Positions 1-10,821 of a stretch of DNA of 64,000 nt are shown here, in pieces (position 1 is the stretch's first letter; the number at the start of each line of letters is the position of its first letter). Both the position numbers and the translations under genes were made by a program. Location of the stretch: assembly GCA_963699755.1 (NCBI GenBank), contig CAVOVB010000001.1:1376001-1440000 (forward strand), read 5' to 3'. The notes beneath the pieces are model-generated. The model ran no database searches, was not told the origin of the DNA, and was given only the letters and a program-made list of their open reading frames with translations. The stretch is from an uncultured delta proteobacterium (GTDB lineage: Bacteria; Myxococcota_A; Polyangia; Polyangiales; Houyiibacteriaceae).

Positions 1-410
1 AACCAAAGAAAACCAAGTTCCGAAAACAGATGAAGGGCCGCATGCGCGGCAAAGCGTACCGAGGCGGAAAGATCTCGTTCGGCGACTTCGGGCTTCAGGC
101 GCTCGAGCCCGGCCGGATCAGCCAACGACAGATCGAAGCGGCTCGTATGACCATTCAGCGGAAGGTGAAGCGTCAAGGGCAGCTATTCATTCGCATCTTC
201 CCGGACAAGCCGATCACCAAGAAGCCTCTCGAAACTCGACAGGGCAAGGGCAAGGGCAGCGTCGAAGGCTGGGTGGCGGTCATCAAGCCCGGGCGCATGC
301 TGTACGAAATGCAGGGCGTCCCCGAGGATGTCGCGCGAGCAGCGTTTGCGCTCGCTGCACACAAGCTCCCCATCAAGACAGCGTTCAGGTCGAGGGAGAC
401 TGAGCTATGA
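1..410 (+). CDS. rplP: 50S ribosomal protein L16 (5'-truncated by window edge)
   Basis: The frame extends upstream of the ORF-track ATG as [36 protein letters not shown] motif. Confidence 0.98.
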   Translation, partial: PKKTKFRKQMKGRMRGKAYRGGKISFGDFGLQALEPGRISQRQIEAARMTIQRKVKRQGQLFIRIFPDKPITKKPLETRQGKGKGSVEGWVAVIKPGRMLYEMQGVPEDVARAAFALAAHKLPIKTAFRSRETEL

Positions 411-613
411 AACCCGAAGACATTCGTACGAATACGCTCGAAGAGCTCGCCGTCATGGAAGGCGATCTGCGTCGCCAGCTTTGGAAGGTCCGCTTCGACA
501 ATCACACCAATCAGCTCGACGATACGAGCTCCATTCAAAAAATTCGCCGGGACCTCGCCCGCGTGAAGACCATTCTTGCCGAGCGCCGCGCTGAAGCGGC
601 GAACAAGGAGTGA
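407..613 (+). CDS. rpmC: 50S ribosomal protein L29
   Basis: [15 protein letters not shown] motif, ATGA overlap with rplP, synteny. Confidence 0.95.
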   Translation: MKPEDIRTNTLEELAVMEGDLRRQLWKVRFDNHTNQLDDTSSIQKIRRDLARVKTILAERRAEAANKE

Positions 614-619
614 TCGGCC

Positions 620-937
620 ATGACTGCTGTTGAACCAGGACAACCGACACCAAAAGCCACCAAGGAGCGTGGCCGGCGTCGTCGCTTGGTCGGACGCGTC
701 GTGAACGAGACGCAGACCGAGGGGCGAGTCCAACAAACCGTCGTGGTGGAGGTCATCCGCCGCGCCCGCGATCCCTTCTACGGGAAATACGTCAAGCGCA
801 AGAAGAAGTTCCATGCGCACGACGAGGCCAACGAGTATCGCACGAACGACGTCGTCGAGATTCGCGCCTGCCGCCCGCGCAGCAAGACGAAGCGCTGGGA
901 GGTGGTCCGCCTCATCGAGAGGCCGCCGGAGGTATAA
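620..937 (+). CDS. rpsQ: 30S ribosomal protein S17 (N-terminal extension)
   Basis: [26 protein letters not shown], synteny. Confidence 0.96.
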   Translation: MTAVEPGQPTPKATKERGRRRRLVGRVVNETQTEGRVQQTVVVEVIRRARDPFYGKYVKRKKKFHAHDEANEYRTNDVVEIRACRPRSKTKRWEVVRLIERPPEV

Positions 938-939
938 CG

Positions 940-1308
940 ATGATCCAGACCGAAACACAGCTGGATGTGGCCGATAACAGCGGCGCGAAGCGAGTGTCCT
1001 GCATCAAGGTGCTCGGCGGTTCGCGACGTCGTTATGCCGGCCTCGGCGACATAATCGTCGTCTCGGTGAAGGAAGCTCTTCCCACCGCCCGCGTGAAAAA
1101 GGGCGAAGTTGCCCGTGCGGTCGTGGTGCGCACCAAGCGTGAGTACCAGCGGCCGGATGGCACCTACATCAAGTTCGACACGAACAGCGCCGTGCTCATC
1201 ACCAAGGACAACGAGCCGATCGGCACCCGAATCTTCGGACCGGTGGCCCGTGAGCTACGCGCAAAAAAGTTCATGAAGATCGTCTCCCTCGCGCCGGAGG
1301 TGGTGTGA
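940..1308 (+). CDS. rplN: 50S ribosomal protein L14
   Basis: [17 protein letters not shown]...[12 protein letters not shown]. Confidence 0.99.
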   Translation: MIQTETQLDVADNSGAKRVSCIKVLGGSRRRYAGLGDIIVVSVKEALPTARVKKGEVARAVVVRTKREYQRPDGTYIKFDTNSAVLITKDNEPIGTRIFGPVARELRAKKFMKIVSLAPEVV

Positions 1309-1625
1309 TGACTGCGCGTATCAAAAAGGGTGATCTGGTTCAGGTCATCGCAGGCAAGGACCGCGGCGAAAAGGGCCGTGTTCTCCAAGTGGTTCGGGCG
1401 GACTTGCTCCTCGTCGAGGGCGTCAACCGCGTGAAGCGACACCAGAGCCCCCGTCGTTTCAAAGAGGCTGGCATCGTCGAAAAGGAGATGCCAATTCACG
1501 CCTCGAACGTGATGCTGGTCGACCCGAAGACCGACGAACGCACCCGCGTCCGCATCGAAGCCGACAAGAAGGACCCCAACAAGCGCGTACGCGTGGCCGT
1601 TAAGAGCGGCTCGGTCCTGGATTGA
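1308..1625 (+). CDS. rplX: 50S ribosomal protein L24
   Basis: KOW motif [23 protein letters not shown]. Confidence 0.98.
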   Translation: MTARIKKGDLVQVIAGKDRGEKGRVLQVVRADLLLVEGVNRVKRHQSPRRFKEAGIVEKEMPIHASNVMLVDPKTDERTRVRIEADKKDPNKRVRVAVKSGSVLD

Positions 1626-1632
1626 GGTCGTC

Positions 1633-2184
1633 ATGAGTGAATACGAACCCCGACTCCGCAAGAAATACACAGACGAGATCATCCCTCAGTTGATGAAGGA
1701 ATTCAGCTTCAAGAACGTGATGCAGGTTCCGAAGCTGGACCGAGTCGTGATCAACATGGGCCTCGGTGAAGCGGTGCAGAATGCGAAGCTCGTCGAATCG
1801 GCAGTCGAAGAGCTCGCCGCAATCACCGGCCGCAAGCCGATCGTCACTCGCGCGAAGAAGTCCATCGCGAGCTTCAAGCTTCGCGAGGGTATGCCGATTG
1901 GCGCGATGGTCACGCTTCGCGGTAGGCAGATGTACGACTTCGTCGATCGACTGGTTTCGATCGCCCTGCCGCGTACGCGTGACTTCAAAGGCATCAGCCC
2001 AAAAGCATTCGACGGCCGTGGCAACTACACGCTCGGTATTCGCGAACAGATCGTCTTTCCAGAGATCAACTATGACAAAATCGATCACATCAAAGGCATG
2101 AACGTGACCTTTGTTACGACCGCAAAAACTGACGAACAGGGACGTGCCTTGCTGAAGTCGCTCGGCATGCCGTTCAGGAACTAG
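1633..2184 (+). CDS. rplE: 50S ribosomal protein L5
   Basis: [27 protein letters not shown]. Confidence 0.99.
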   Translation: MSEYEPRLRKKYTDEIIPQLMKEFSFKNVMQVPKLDRVVINMGLGEAVQNAKLVESAVEELAAITGRKPIVTRAKKSIASFKLREGMPIGAMVTLRGRQMYDFVDRLVSIALPRTRDFKGISPKAFDGRGNYTLGIREQIVFPEINYDKIDHIKGMNVTFVTTAKTDEQGRALLKSLGMPFRN

Positions 2185-2193
2185 AGGACGCAG

Positions 2194-2379
2194 ATGGCTA
2201 GTAGGCGCGCATTTGCCAAAATGGAGAAGACACCGAAATTCTCGGTGCGACAACGGAATCGCTGCAAAGTCTGCGGACGCCCGCGGGGTTACTACCGCAA
2301 GTTCGAGATGTGCCGCATTTGTCTTCGTAAGTATGGGCTCTCGGGCGATGTCCCGGGCCTCACGAAATCGAGCTGGTAA
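2194..2379 (+). CDS. rpsN: 30S ribosomal protein S14, type Z (zinc-binding)
   Basis: 61 aa, CKVCGRPRG...CRIC. Confidence 0.97.
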   Translation: MASRRAFAKMEKTPKFSVRQRNRCKVCGRPRGYYRKFEMCRICLRKYGLSGDVPGLTKSSW

Positions 2380-2391
2380 GGAGGTGCAGTC

Positions 2392-2784
2392 ATGATGACC
2401 GATCCAATCGCAGACATGCTCACGCGCATCCGGAACGCCGCACAGGCTCAGCACGATCACACCGTTCTTCCTTCTTCGAATCTCAAGGCGCAGCTGGCCG
2501 AGATTCTCAAGCAAGAAGGCTTCATCGACGACTACCGTGTCGAAGACGGGGTTCAGAAAAGCCTCACGATCTTCCTCAAGTACGGTCGTGACCGCCAGAG
2601 CGCGTTCGTCGGGATGCGCCGCGCGAGCCGCCCAGGACGGCGCTTCTACGTGGGCCACAACGACATCCCACGTGTCCAGAACGGCATGGGTGTTGCGATT
2701 CTTTCGACATCCGTCGGCGTCATGACCGGCCGCGACGCTCGCCACAAGCGAGTGGGCGGTGAGGTGCTCTGCGAGGTTTGGTGA
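2392..2784 (+). CDS. rpsH: 30S ribosomal protein S8
   Basis: [15 protein letters not shown]...GGEVLCEVW. Confidence 0.99.
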   Translation: MMTDPIADMLTRIRNAAQAQHDHTVLPSSNLKAQLAEILKQEGFIDDYRVEDGVQKSLTIFLKYGRDRQSAFVGMRRASRPGRRFYVGHNDIPRVQNGMGVAILSTSVGVMTGRDARHKRVGGEVLCEVW

Positions 2785-3377
2785 TGACTGAGACATTTGC
2801 AGGAAAGCAGTCTAGAAACGGCAAGAAACCGGTCGAGGTCGCCAAGGGCGTACAAATTTCCATCAGCGGCCGGGAGATCAAGGCCAAGGGCCCGAAGGGC
2901 GAGCTGAGTCAGGTTCTTCGACCCGAGGTCGTCGTCACCCAGGAAGAGGGCGTGATCACGGTCAGACCTGCTCCACAGTCCGGCAAAACGGGCCTTCAGT
3001 ATCAGGGGCTCACTCGTGCGATTCTTCGCAACATGGTCGAGGGTGTCGCGAACGGTTACAAGCGTTCGCTCGATTTCCGTGGCGTTGGCTACCGCGCGGA
3101 GTTCAAGAACAACCAACTCAAGATGACGGTCGGGCTCTCCCATCAACCGATCGTCGACATTCCCAAGGCTGTGACCGTAAACGTCGAGACGATCGACGAG
3201 GCGGGAACCAAGTTCCCGCGCGTTCATCTCGAGTCTCCCGACAAGCAACTCGTCGGGCGTATTGCAGCGCGGATTCGTCAGATGCGACCCCCGGAGCCCT
3301 ACAACGGCAAGGGGATTCGCTACACCGGCGAACGCATTCGTGAGAAGGCGGGCAAGGCCGGAAAGGCTGGAGGTTAG
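2784..3377 (+). CDS. rplF: 50S ribosomal protein L6
   Basis: [26 protein letters not shown]; start taken at ATG overlapping the rpsH stop. Confidence 0.97.
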   Translation: MTETFAGKQSRNGKKPVEVAKGVQISISGREIKAKGPKGELSQVLRPEVVVTQEEGVITVRPAPQSGKTGLQYQGLTRAILRNMVEGVANGYKRSLDFRGVGYRAEFKNNQLKMTVGLSHQPIVDIPKAVTVNVETIDEAGTKFPRVHLESPDKQLVGRIAARIRQMRPPEPYNGKGIRYTGERIREKAGKAGKAGG

Positions 3378-3379
3378 TC

Positions 3380-3724
3380 ATGCGGCAGAAACTCACCGGA
3401 CGCACTCGGCGCAAGCTGAGGATTCGCAGAAAGGTGCAGGGAACCTCCGCGCGCCCCCGGCTAGCGGTCTTCCGGAGCGCGAAGCACATTTACGCGCAGG
3501 TCATCGACGACACTCGGGGTACGACAATCGCTCATGCCTCGAGCGTTGCGGCGCCTGGCGAAGGAAACAAGGTCGACGTCGCGAAGTCGGTCGGCAGTGC
3601 CGTGGCCAAGGCCTGCATCGACAAAGGTGTCGAGCAGGTCGTGTTCGATCGCGGCGGGTATCAATATCATGGACGCGTTCGCGCACTGGCCGAATCGGCA
3701 CGCGAAGCCGGCCTTAAGTTCTGA
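3380..3724 (+). CDS. rplR: 50S ribosomal protein L18
   Basis: [29 protein letters not shown]. Confidence 0.98.
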   Translation: MRQKLTGRTRRKLRIRRKVQGTSARPRLAVFRSAKHIYAQVIDDTRGTTIAHASSVAAPGEGNKVDVAKSVGSAVAKACIDKGVEQVVFDRGGYQYHGRVRALAESAREAGLKF

Positions 3725-3731
3725 GGACGAG

Positions 3732-4319
3732 ATGGCATACAAAGACCAAATCATCGATCCAAACACACTCGACGATCTCGCCGAACGGGTGATCTTCATC
3801 AATCGCGTTGCCAAGGTCGTCAAGGGTGGCCGGCGTTTCAGCTTCAGCGCACTCGTCGTCGTGGGCGACGGCAACGGACACGTCGGCGTCGGCATGGGTA
3901 AGGCGAAAGAGGTCCCGGAGTCGATTCGCAAGGGCACCGAGGCTGCCAAGAAGAACCTCTTCAAGGTCCCGCTGACGGGTCGTACGATTCCCCACAAAAT
4001 CGTCGGCTCCTCCGGTGCTGGTCGCATCGTGCTGCGCCCGGCCTCGGAGGGAACCGGCGTCATCGCCGGTGGTGCGATGCGTCCGGTGCTCGAAGCCGCA
4101 GGCGTCAAAGACGTCTTGGCGAAGATTCTCGGAACCACCAATCCGTACAACGTGGTCAACGCCACGGTTGCGGCGCTCAAGGAGCTCGAATCGCCCGCCG
4201 AGGTCGCTAGCCGCCGGAGCCGCCGCAAGGGCGAGATACAGCAGTACGAGCACGGGCCCAAGGCGGAACGTCCCGCCGCCGAGCCTGACGAAGCGCCTGC
4301 GGAGGCGAGCGCATCGTAA
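3732..4319 (+). CDS. rpsE: 30S ribosomal protein S5 (C-terminal extension)
   Basis: [19 protein letters not shown] 3732 preceded by GAGG. Confidence 0.98.
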   Translation: MAYKDQIIDPNTLDDLAERVIFINRVAKVVKGGRRFSFSALVVVGDGNGHVGVGMGKAKEVPESIRKGTEAAKKNLFKVPLTGRTIPHKIVGSSGAGRIVLRPASEGTGVIAGGAMRPVLEAAGVKDVLAKILGTTNPYNVVNATVAALKELESPAEVASRRSRRKGEIQQYEHGPKAERPAAEPDEAPAEASAS

Positions 4320-4330
4320 GAGAGGCAATC

Positions 4331-4522
4331 ATGAGCGCTAAGAAACTCAAAGTGACCCAGGTCAGAAGCGAAATCGGCCGGATGGACAAACAACGACGAG
4401 TCCTCCGGGGCCTTGGCTTGCGCGGGATGAACAGCGAGGTCCTGGTGGACAACACCCCTTCGTTCCGTGGAATGGTCAAGAAGGTGCTCCACCTCGTCGA
4501 AGTGGAGGAAGTCAATGAGTGA
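4331..4522 (+). CDS. rpmD: 50S ribosomal protein L30
   Basis: [11 protein letters not shown]...LGL...[13 protein letters not shown]. Confidence 0.96.
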   Translation: MSAKKLKVTQVRSEIGRMDKQRRVLRGLGLRGMNSEVLVDNTPSFRGMVKKVLHLVEVEEVNE

Positions 4523-4997
4523 GCAGAGCAAGACGCCAATCCTTTCACGGCTTCGCCCCGCAGCGGGGGCCGTCCGTGGGAAACGACGCAAAGGACGTGG
4601 CCCTGGCTCTGGCTTGGGCAAGACCGCTGGCCACGGCCAGAAGGGCCAAAAAGCCAGGCATCCCGGCAACTTCAGCAAGCTCGGCTTCGAAGGCGGGCAG
4701 ATGCCGCTCTATCGGCGCATCCCAAAGCGTGGCTTCGTCAACCCCTTCACCAAGAATGTGGGAACGGTCAATGTGAAGGATTTGGCTCGGTTCGACGCTG
4801 GCGCGACGGTCGATGAGGCCGCTCTGCGAGAAGCTGGCCTCATCAAGCGCAAGGTGGACATCATCAAGGTTCTTGGCGATGGCGAGCTCGACAAGGCTCT
4901 CACCGTCAAAGTCCACGCAGCTAGCGCGACAGCCACGCAGAAGATCGAGAAGGCGGGCGGTATCGTCGAGCTAGTCGCCGCGACACCCGCCTCTTAA
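4515..4997 (+). CDS. rplO: 50S ribosomal protein L15
   Basis: [34 protein letters not shown] 4515 after GGAGG. Confidence 0.98.
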   Translation: MSEQSKTPILSRLRPAAGAVRGKRRKGRGPGSGLGKTAGHGQKGQKARHPGNFSKLGFEGGQMPLYRRIPKRGFVNPFTKNVGTVNVKDLARFDAGATVDEAALREAGLIKRKVDIIKVLGDGELDKALTVKVHAASATATQKIEKAGGIVELVAATPAS

Positions 4998-5017
4998 CCG
5001 AAAGCCCGTAGCAAGCC

Positions 5018-6343
5018 ATGAGCACCGTCGCGAACATCTTTCGAATCCCCGAGCTCCGTCGCCGCATTCTCTTCACCTTGGGAATGCTCGCCGTCTATCG
5101 CATCGGAATTTTCGTTACGACACCCGGCGTAGACCGGTCGGCCATGCGAAAGTACGTCGCCGGGCAGTCGGGCGGCTTCTTGAGCATGTTCAACCTGTTC
5201 TCAGGTGGTGCGCTCGAGCAGGCGTCGATTTTCGCGCTCAACATCATGCCCTACGTCTCGGCGAGCATCATCTTGTCGCTGATGACGGTCGTGGTGCCCT
5301 CGCTCATGGAGCTTCGCAAGGAAGGCGAAGCGGGCCAGCGCAAGATCAACCAGTACACGCGCTACGGAACGGTCGGGCTCAGTATTTTTCAGAGCATGGG
5401 CCTCGCCATGCTTTGGGAGGGCTGGAACGAAAGCTCGACGGCGGGTGACATCGTCGCCAACCCGGGCTGGAGCTTTCGTTTCATGACCGTCCTCGCGCTC
5501 ACGACCGGCACCTCGTTCCTGATGTGGCTCGGCGAGCAGATCACGGAGCGCGGCCTCGGAAACGGCATTTCGCTCATCATTTTCGCAGGAATCGTGGCCA
5601 ATCTCCCCGACGCCCTGTTTCTGACGCTCGAGCAATTCAAGCTTGGGGAGCTCCAGCCGATCGACCTGATGCTGCTCATCGTGATCGCGCTCGGTGTGAC
5701 TGCGTTCATCGTCTTCTTCGAACGCGCCCAGAGGCGTCTGCCGATCACCTACGCCAAGCGCATGATAGGCCGGAAGATGTATGGTGGGCAGCAGTCTCAC
5801 CTGCCGCTCCGCGTGAACATGGCCGGGGTCATTCCACCGATCTTCACCTCGTCCTTGCTCATGTTCCCGGTCACTCTGGCGGGTACCAATATTCCATATC
5901 TTTCCGATGCGATGCGCTGGATCAGCAACAACCTGGTCCCAGGCGGCTGGGTGTACATCGTCGTCTTCGCGTCCATGACGATCTTCTTCTGCTTCTTCTA
6001 TACGGCAATCACCTTCCAGCCGGTCGATGTCGCAGAGAACCTCAAGAAGCAGAGCGCCTTCATTCCGGGCGTGCGTCCGGGCAAAGCCACGGCCGAGTAC
6101 ATCGATGCCGTTCTCACTCGAATCACGGTGGGTGGCGCGCTCTACGTGTCGGCCGTCGTCACGCTTCCGACCCTCCTTCAGTCTCGGTGGAACGTGCCGT
6201 TCTACCTCGGTGGGACCTCGCTCATGATCGTCGTCGGTGTTGCCCTGGACTTCGCGCAGCAGGTCGAGAGCCACCTCATCACCCGACACTATGAGGGCCT
6301 CACGGGGAGCAAGGGCTCCCGCATCCGAGCGAGGAACGCGTAA
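5018..6343 (+). CDS. secY: Preprotein translocase subunit SecY
   Basis: [43 protein letters not shown]. Confidence 0.99.
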   Translation: MSTVANIFRIPELRRRILFTLGMLAVYRIGIFVTTPGVDRSAMRKYVAGQSGGFLSMFNLFSGGALEQASIFALNIMPYVSASIILSLMTVVVPSLMELRKEGEAGQRKINQYTRYGTVGLSIFQSMGLAMLWEGWNESSTAGDIVANPGWSFRFMTVLALTTGTSFLMWLGEQITERGLGNGISLIIFAGIVANLPDALFLTLEQFKLGELQPIDLMLLIVIALGVTAFIVFFERAQRRLPITYAKRMIGRKMYGGQQSHLPLRVNMAGVIPPIFTSSLLMFPVTLAGTNIPYLSDAMRWISNNLVPGGWVYIVVFASMTIFFCFFYTAITFQPVDVAENLKKQSAFIPGVRPGKATAEYIDAVLTRITVGGALYVSAVVTLPTLLQSRWNVPFYLGGTSLMIVVGVALDFAQQVESHLITRHYEGLTGSKGSRIRARNA

Positions 6344-6993
6344 TGGATCTGCTCCTTTTCGGACCGCCTGGCGCTGGCAAGGGCACGCAAGCCAAGCTGC
6401 TCATCGACCTCTTGGGGATCCCGCAGATCTCGACCGGCGATATGATGCGAGCCGAACGGAAGTCCGGGTCGGACCTCGGGAAGCAGTTCGACGAGTACAT
6501 GTCAGCTGGAAAGTTGGTGCCTGACAGTCTGGTGCTGGACTTGATCTTGAAGCGCCTCAGCCAGGATGATGCCAAAAGCGGCGCGATCTTCGATGGTTAC
6601 CCGAGGACGGTAGCGCAGGCCGAATCGCTCGACACCCTTCTCGAGAAGCTCCATCGACGCATCGACCGGGTGGTTTCTCTCGATGTTCCGCTGCAGGACA
6701 TCGTCGACCGGGTCACGGGCCGGAGGGTCTGCCTGGACTGTGGACAGACCTATCACGTCCGCTATACTCCGCCGCCCCAAAACGGAGAGTGCATCTCCTG
6801 TGGGGGGAACAAGATTGTGCAGCGTTCGGACGACACTGAAGAGGTCGTTCGAAAGCGGTACGAAGAGTACAAAGCGAAGACCGAGCCGGTGCTCGCCCAC
6901 TACGATGCCAGGGGCGTCGTGAGGGGTGTTGAAGGCGTGGGATCATTGGAAGAGATTACAGAACGCATTAAGGAAGCGATTGGGGTTGACTAA
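6343..6993 (+). CDS. adk: Adenylate kinase with zinc-binding LID
   Basis: GPPGAGKGTQ, DGYPRT, CLDC...CISC. Confidence 0.98.
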   Translation: MDLLLFGPPGAGKGTQAKLLIDLLGIPQISTGDMMRAERKSGSDLGKQFDEYMSAGKLVPDSLVLDLILKRLSQDDAKSGAIFDGYPRTVAQAESLDTLLEKLHRRIDRVVSLDVPLQDIVDRVTGRRVCLDCGQTYHVRYTPPPQNGECISCGGNKIVQRSDDTEEVVRKRYEEYKAKTEPVLAHYDARGVVRGVEGVGSLEEITERIKEAIGVD

Positions 6994-7001
6994 CGAGCAG
7001 G

Positions 7002-7214
7002 ATGACTGAAACCAGAACCACCCGAGGCACCATCGAGACGGTGCTGCCGCGGGCGCTTTACCGAGTGAGGCTAGACGACGGTATGGAGATCACCGCGTCA
7101 CTGTCTGCCAAGGCAAGACAGGTTACGGTGAAGCTCCTGCCGGGAGACGGTGTGATGGTTGAGGTGTCTGTTTACGACCCGACGAGAGGACGAATCCAAG
7201 AGAGGCTGACATGA
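7002..7214 (+). CDS. infA: Translation initiation factor IF-1 (divergent)
   Basis: 70 aa between adk and rpm[29 protein letters not shown]. Confidence 0.8.
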   Translation: MTETRTTRGTIETVLPRALYRVRLDDGMEITASLSAKARQVTVKLLPGDGVMVEVSVYDPTRGRIQERLT

Positions 7215-7324
7215 AGGTTCGACCAAGCGTCAGAAAGATTTGTGACAAGTGCAAGATCGTGCGCCGCAGGGGCGTCGTGCGTGTCTTGTGTGACAATCCC
7301 CGTCACAAGCAACGGCAAGGATAG
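7211..7324 (+). CDS. rpmJ: 50S ribosomal protein L36 (not in ORF track)
   Basis: Translated by hand: [37 protein letters not shown]. Confidence 0.98.
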   Translation: MKVRPSVRKICDKCKIVRRRGVVRVLCDNPRHKQRQG

Positions 7325-7330
7325 AAGCGA

Positions 7331-7699
7331 ATGGCACGTATCGCAGGCGTCGACCTCCCAGGTCGGAAACACACGGTGATTGCGCTTCAGTACATCTACG
7401 GAATTGGTCCGCACCACGCGAAGCACATTTGCGAAGTTGCAAACATTCCGGAGAGTAAACGTGCTGACGATCTCGACGAGACCGACGTCAAGAAGATCCG
7501 CGAGTGCATCGATCTGAACTACAAGGTCGAAGGTGACCTTCGTCGTGAGGTCAACATGCACATCAAGCGGCTCATGGACCTTGGTTGCTATCGCGGGCTC
7601 CGCCATCGGCGCGGCCTGCCGTGTCGCGGTCAACGGACTCACACCAACGCCCGCACCCGCAAGGGACCGAAGCGCGGCGCAATGAGCAAGAAGCGCTAA
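7331..7699 (+). CDS. rpsM: 30S ribosomal protein S13
   Basis: [36 protein letters not shown]. Confidence 0.99.
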   Translation: MARIAGVDLPGRKHTVIALQYIYGIGPHHAKHICEVANIPESKRADDLDETDVKKIRECIDLNYKVEGDLRREVNMHIKRLMDLGCYRGLRHRRGLPCRGQRTHTNARTRKGPKRGAMSKKR

Positions 7700-7703
7700 G
7701 ATC

Positions 7704-8105
7704 ATGGCAAAGGCGAAAGCAAAGCCCACCAAGGGCAAGAAGCGTAAGACGAAGAAGGTCGTGACGAGCGGAATCGCTCACATCCAGTCGACCTTCAACA
7801 ACACGATCGTCACCATTACCGATTTGGGTGGTGAAGTGGTTTCCTGGTCGACAGCTGGTTCGCGTGGCTTCAAGGGCTCGCGCAAGAGCACTCCGTTTGC
7901 TGCGCAGCTCGCAGCAGAGGATGCGGCGCGCAAGGCGCAGGACGTAGGCATGAAGACCATCGCGATCTTCGTAAAGGGTCCAGGTGCAGGCCGAGAGTCT
8001 GCGCTTCGAGCATTTCAGAACGTCGGGATGCGGGTCACCCTGCTTCGCGACGTGACACCGATTCCACACAATGGCTGCCGGCCGCCAAAGCGGCGGCGCG
8101 TTTAG
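7704..8105 (+). CDS. rpsK: 30S ribosomal protein S11
   Basis: [30 protein letters not shown]. Confidence 0.99.
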   Translation: MAKAKAKPTKGKKRKTKKVVTSGIAHIQSTFNNTIVTITDLGGEVVSWSTAGSRGFKGSRKSTPFAAQLAAEDAARKAQDVGMKTIAIFVKGPGAGRESALRAFQNVGMRVTLLRDVTPIPHNGCRPPKRRRV

Positions 8106-8124
8106 AAGGCTGCGGAGGCAATTA

Positions 8125-9147
8125 ATGACGAGTCCGACTCTAGTCGCACGCAATTGGCGGGAGCTCATTCGCCCCAGAAGCGTCCCGGTTGATCAGGAGT
8201 CGCTCAGCGACACCTACGGCAAGTTCGTCGTAGAGCCGCTCGAGCGTGGTTTTGGCATCACGCTAGGTAACTCGCTGCGGCGGGTGTTGTTGTCTTCTCT
8301 TCAGGGGGCAGCAATCACGGCCGTCAAGATCGACGGCGCGCTGCATGAGTTCACCTCGGTTCCGGACGTCGTCGAGGACGTCACCGAGATGGTCCTAAAC
8401 TTCAAGGAAGTCGTCGTCCGCTCGCACACCGCGCGCACACAGACCGTCCGCATCGAGAAGGAAGGCCCCGGTGTCGTGACAGCCGGCGACATCAAGGCCA
8501 GCGATCAGATCGTGATTCTCAATCCAGATCACAAGATCTGCACCCTGGCGAAGGATGGACGCTTCGCTGCCGAGCTCACGATCAACGTCGGTCACGGCTA
8601 CGTCCCCGCAGACCGAAACAAGACCGCGGGTATTCCAATTGGCACGATCGCGATCGACTCGCTGTTTTCGCCGATCCGCAAAGTGAACTACGCGGTCACC
8701 AATGCTCGTGTCGGCCAGATCACCGACTACGACAAGCTCACCCTAGAGGTTTGGACCAACGGTGCTGTGAAGCCGGCCGATGCCGTTGCCTATGCCGCCA
8801 AGATCCTCAAAGACCAGCTCACGATCTTCATCAACTTCGAAGAGCACGATGAGCCGGTTGAAGAGTCGAGCTCGGAAGAGCCGCTCAACGAGAACCTCTT
8901 CCGCTCGGTCGACGAGCTCGAGCTCTCGGTGCGCTCCGCCAACTGCCTCCAGAATGCCAATATCAAGTTGATCGGGGAGCTGGTGCAGAAGAGCGAAGGC
9001 GAGATGCTCAAGACGAAGAACTTTGGGCGCAAGTCGCTCAAGGAAATCAAGGAAATCTTGGCTGACATGGGTCTTTCCCTCGGCATGCATATCGACAACT
9101 GGTCGCAGATGCTCGAGCGCTGGAAGACACAGCAGGCCAATCAGTAA
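8125..9147 (+). CDS. rpoA: RNA polymerase alpha subunit
   Basis: [36 protein letters not shown] 8125 after GGAGG. Confidence 0.99.
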   Translation: MTSPTLVARNWRELIRPRSVPVDQESLSDTYGKFVVEPLERGFGITLGNSLRRVLLSSLQGAAITAVKIDGALHEFTSVPDVVEDVTEMVLNFKEVVVRSHTARTQTVRIEKEGPGVVTAGDIKASDQIVILNPDHKICTLAKDGRFAAELTINVGHGYVPADRNKTAGIPIGTIAIDSLFSPIRKVNYAVTNARVGQITDYDKLTLEVWTNGAVKPADAVAYAAKILKDQLTIFINFEEHDEPVEESSSEEPLNENLFRSVDELELSVRSANCLQNANIKLIGELVQKSEGEMLKTKNFGRKSLKEIKEILADMGLSLGMHIDNWSQMLERWKTQQANQ

Positions 9148-9179
9148 AGTAGCTAGCGATAGGTCGCGGATAGGTCGTC

Positions 9180-9656
9180 ATGAGGCATCAAAAGGCAGGC
9201 AGGAAGTTTGGTCGGAACACGAGCCATCGCCGAGCCATGTTCAGGAACATGGCGGGCAATCTGGTTTTGCACGAGCAGATCAAGACGACCGACGCAAAGG
9301 CAAAGGAGCTTCGACGCATTGCAGAGCGCTTGCTCACCAAGGCGATCCGGCTCGGCGACGACCTCATCATCGATGTGGCGAAGGTGAAGGACGAGGCAGA
9401 GCGCCAGCGCATTCTGTCTCGCCGCCTTCACGCCTACCGTCAGGTGGCTCGCTTCCTCCCGAAACAGCTCGCCAAGACCAACCCGGATGGCACCATACAA
9501 GACGTGGATCTGATCCACAAGCTCTTCACCGAGCTGGCCCCTCGCTACCTCGAGCGAGCCAAGGCCGACAAGGGTGGCGGCTACACCCGAATCATCAAGG
9601 TCAACCACCGTCGAGGCGACAATGCGCCGATGTCCTTGATCGAGTTCATCGCCTAG
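9180..9656 (+). CDS. rplQ: 50S ribosomal protein L17 (internal insertions)
   Basis: [33 protein letters not shown]. Confidence 0.97.
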   Translation: MRHQKAGRKFGRNTSHRRAMFRNMAGNLVLHEQIKTTDAKAKELRRIAERLLTKAIRLGDDLIIDVAKVKDEAERQRILSRRLHAYRQVARFLPKQLAKTNPDGTIQDVDLIHKLFTELAPRYLERAKADKGGGYTRIIKVNHRRGDNAPMSLIEFIA

Positions 9657-9679
9657 CGCCGGGCTCCTCTTGTAGCGGT

Positions 9680-10096
9680 TCAGCGGCCGGCGCGTGGCCG
9701 ATCGCGGCTTTCTCGCGTGGGGAAGCGAGCGAACATGAGGACCCAGGCGACCGCGAAGAACGGCACCACGACCCTGGCCGGCGCGCCGAGGAAGCCGAGG
9801 ACTAGCCCAAAGATCGCGACGCTTTCCGCAAGGGCCAGCGCCAGGATGAGGGTGGTGAGGTAGCGGCTTTGCCTCTGGCTCGCCGAGTCACCGATTCGGC
9901 TCCGCCTGTGCATGAACCTCGGTAAGAGCAGGCTGGCGCCTGCCGTCGTTGCCGCGATTAACGCGAACGGGTAGACGAACATCTCCCAGCTGGCGCCGGT
10001 CTGTACTTCAACGAGCTCGAGAACGAGCAGGTAGATCAAGGTCGAGGCGAATAGTGCCGCCCAGAGCATGCGAGGAACAAACAGCAAATCCTTCAT
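9680..10096 (-). CDS. Hypothetical 4-TM membrane protein
   Basis: Four hydrophobic segments, ALAESVAIFGLV; start assumed at MKDLL. Confidence 0.7.
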   Translation of the reverse strand: MKDLLFVPRMLWAALFASTLIYLLVLELVEVQTGASWEMFVYPFALIAATTAGASLLLPRFMHRRSRIGDSASQRQSRYLTTLILALALAESVAIFGLVLGFLGAPARVVVPFFAVAWVLMFARFPTRESRDRPRAGR

Positions 10097-10305
10097 TCTT
10101 TCATGATGGCAGAGCTCGATCGCCGCTACCAAATAGGGAACCCGCGGCTCGACCAGTGACCACGGCGACGAATCCCTGAAGAGGGATGCGAACGCGGAGG
10201 CCGGTCGCTAAGAACAATTGCGTATATCGGAGCGCCCGTCGCAGGCGTAGGCTCCGGGATTCTACGGCGATCGGTGGGCGCTCGCCGGCGCAAAGGAGCA
10301 AGACA

Positions 10306-10656
10306 ATGGCTGATGCAGCAATTGTAATTCGATGGAATCGCGTCGTACCAGGACGCGAGAAGCAAGGCCTTTCGATCTTTGGTCAGTCCTTGGAGTACTA
10401 CGGAAGCTTGCAAAGCAAGGGTGCCATCGAGAGCTTCGAGCCGGTGATTTTCAACCCGACTGGTGGCGACCTGAACGGGATCATTCTCATTCGCGGAAGC
10501 GCGGATCAACTCGAAGCGCTCAAGCGCGAAGATCGGTTCATCGAGCTCATGATGCGCGCGGCGCACAATTGCGAAGGACTCGGCGTGAACGACGCCTATC
10601 TCGAAGGCGAGCTCCAATCGCGCATGGGGCGTTGGACGCAGATCATCAACGAATAA
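10306..10656 (+). CDS. Hypothetical protein (~116 aa)
   Basis: AAGGAG RBS before ATG 10306; globular composition (MADAAIVIRWNRVVPGRE...). Confidence 0.8.
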   Translation: MADAAIVIRWNRVVPGREKQGLSIFGQSLEYYGSLQSKGAIESFEPVIFNPTGGDLNGIILIRGSADQLEALKREDRFIELMMRAAHNCEGLGVNDAYLEGELQSRMGRWTQIINE

Positions 10657-10767
10657 TCCCGGGTCGCGGAAAAACGCGCGAGATGGAGCTGCGTCGAACG
10701 GCTCGGCCCCATATCGCGTATGTATCCGCGGCCCTCCATATGAGATGTTCCGCGCCACGGCTCGGAA

Positions 10768-10807
10768 TCGCATCCCGGATCGCGCGCAAGATCGCGTCCG
10801 GGAGCGA
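10768..10807. terminator. GC-rich hairpin between convergent genes (possible bidirectional terminator)
   Basis: TCGC-a-TCCCGGA-t-CGCG / CGCG-TCCGGGA-GCGA; no U-tract. Confidence 0.4.
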
Positions 10808-10821
10808 CTGCGGTTTCGCGC

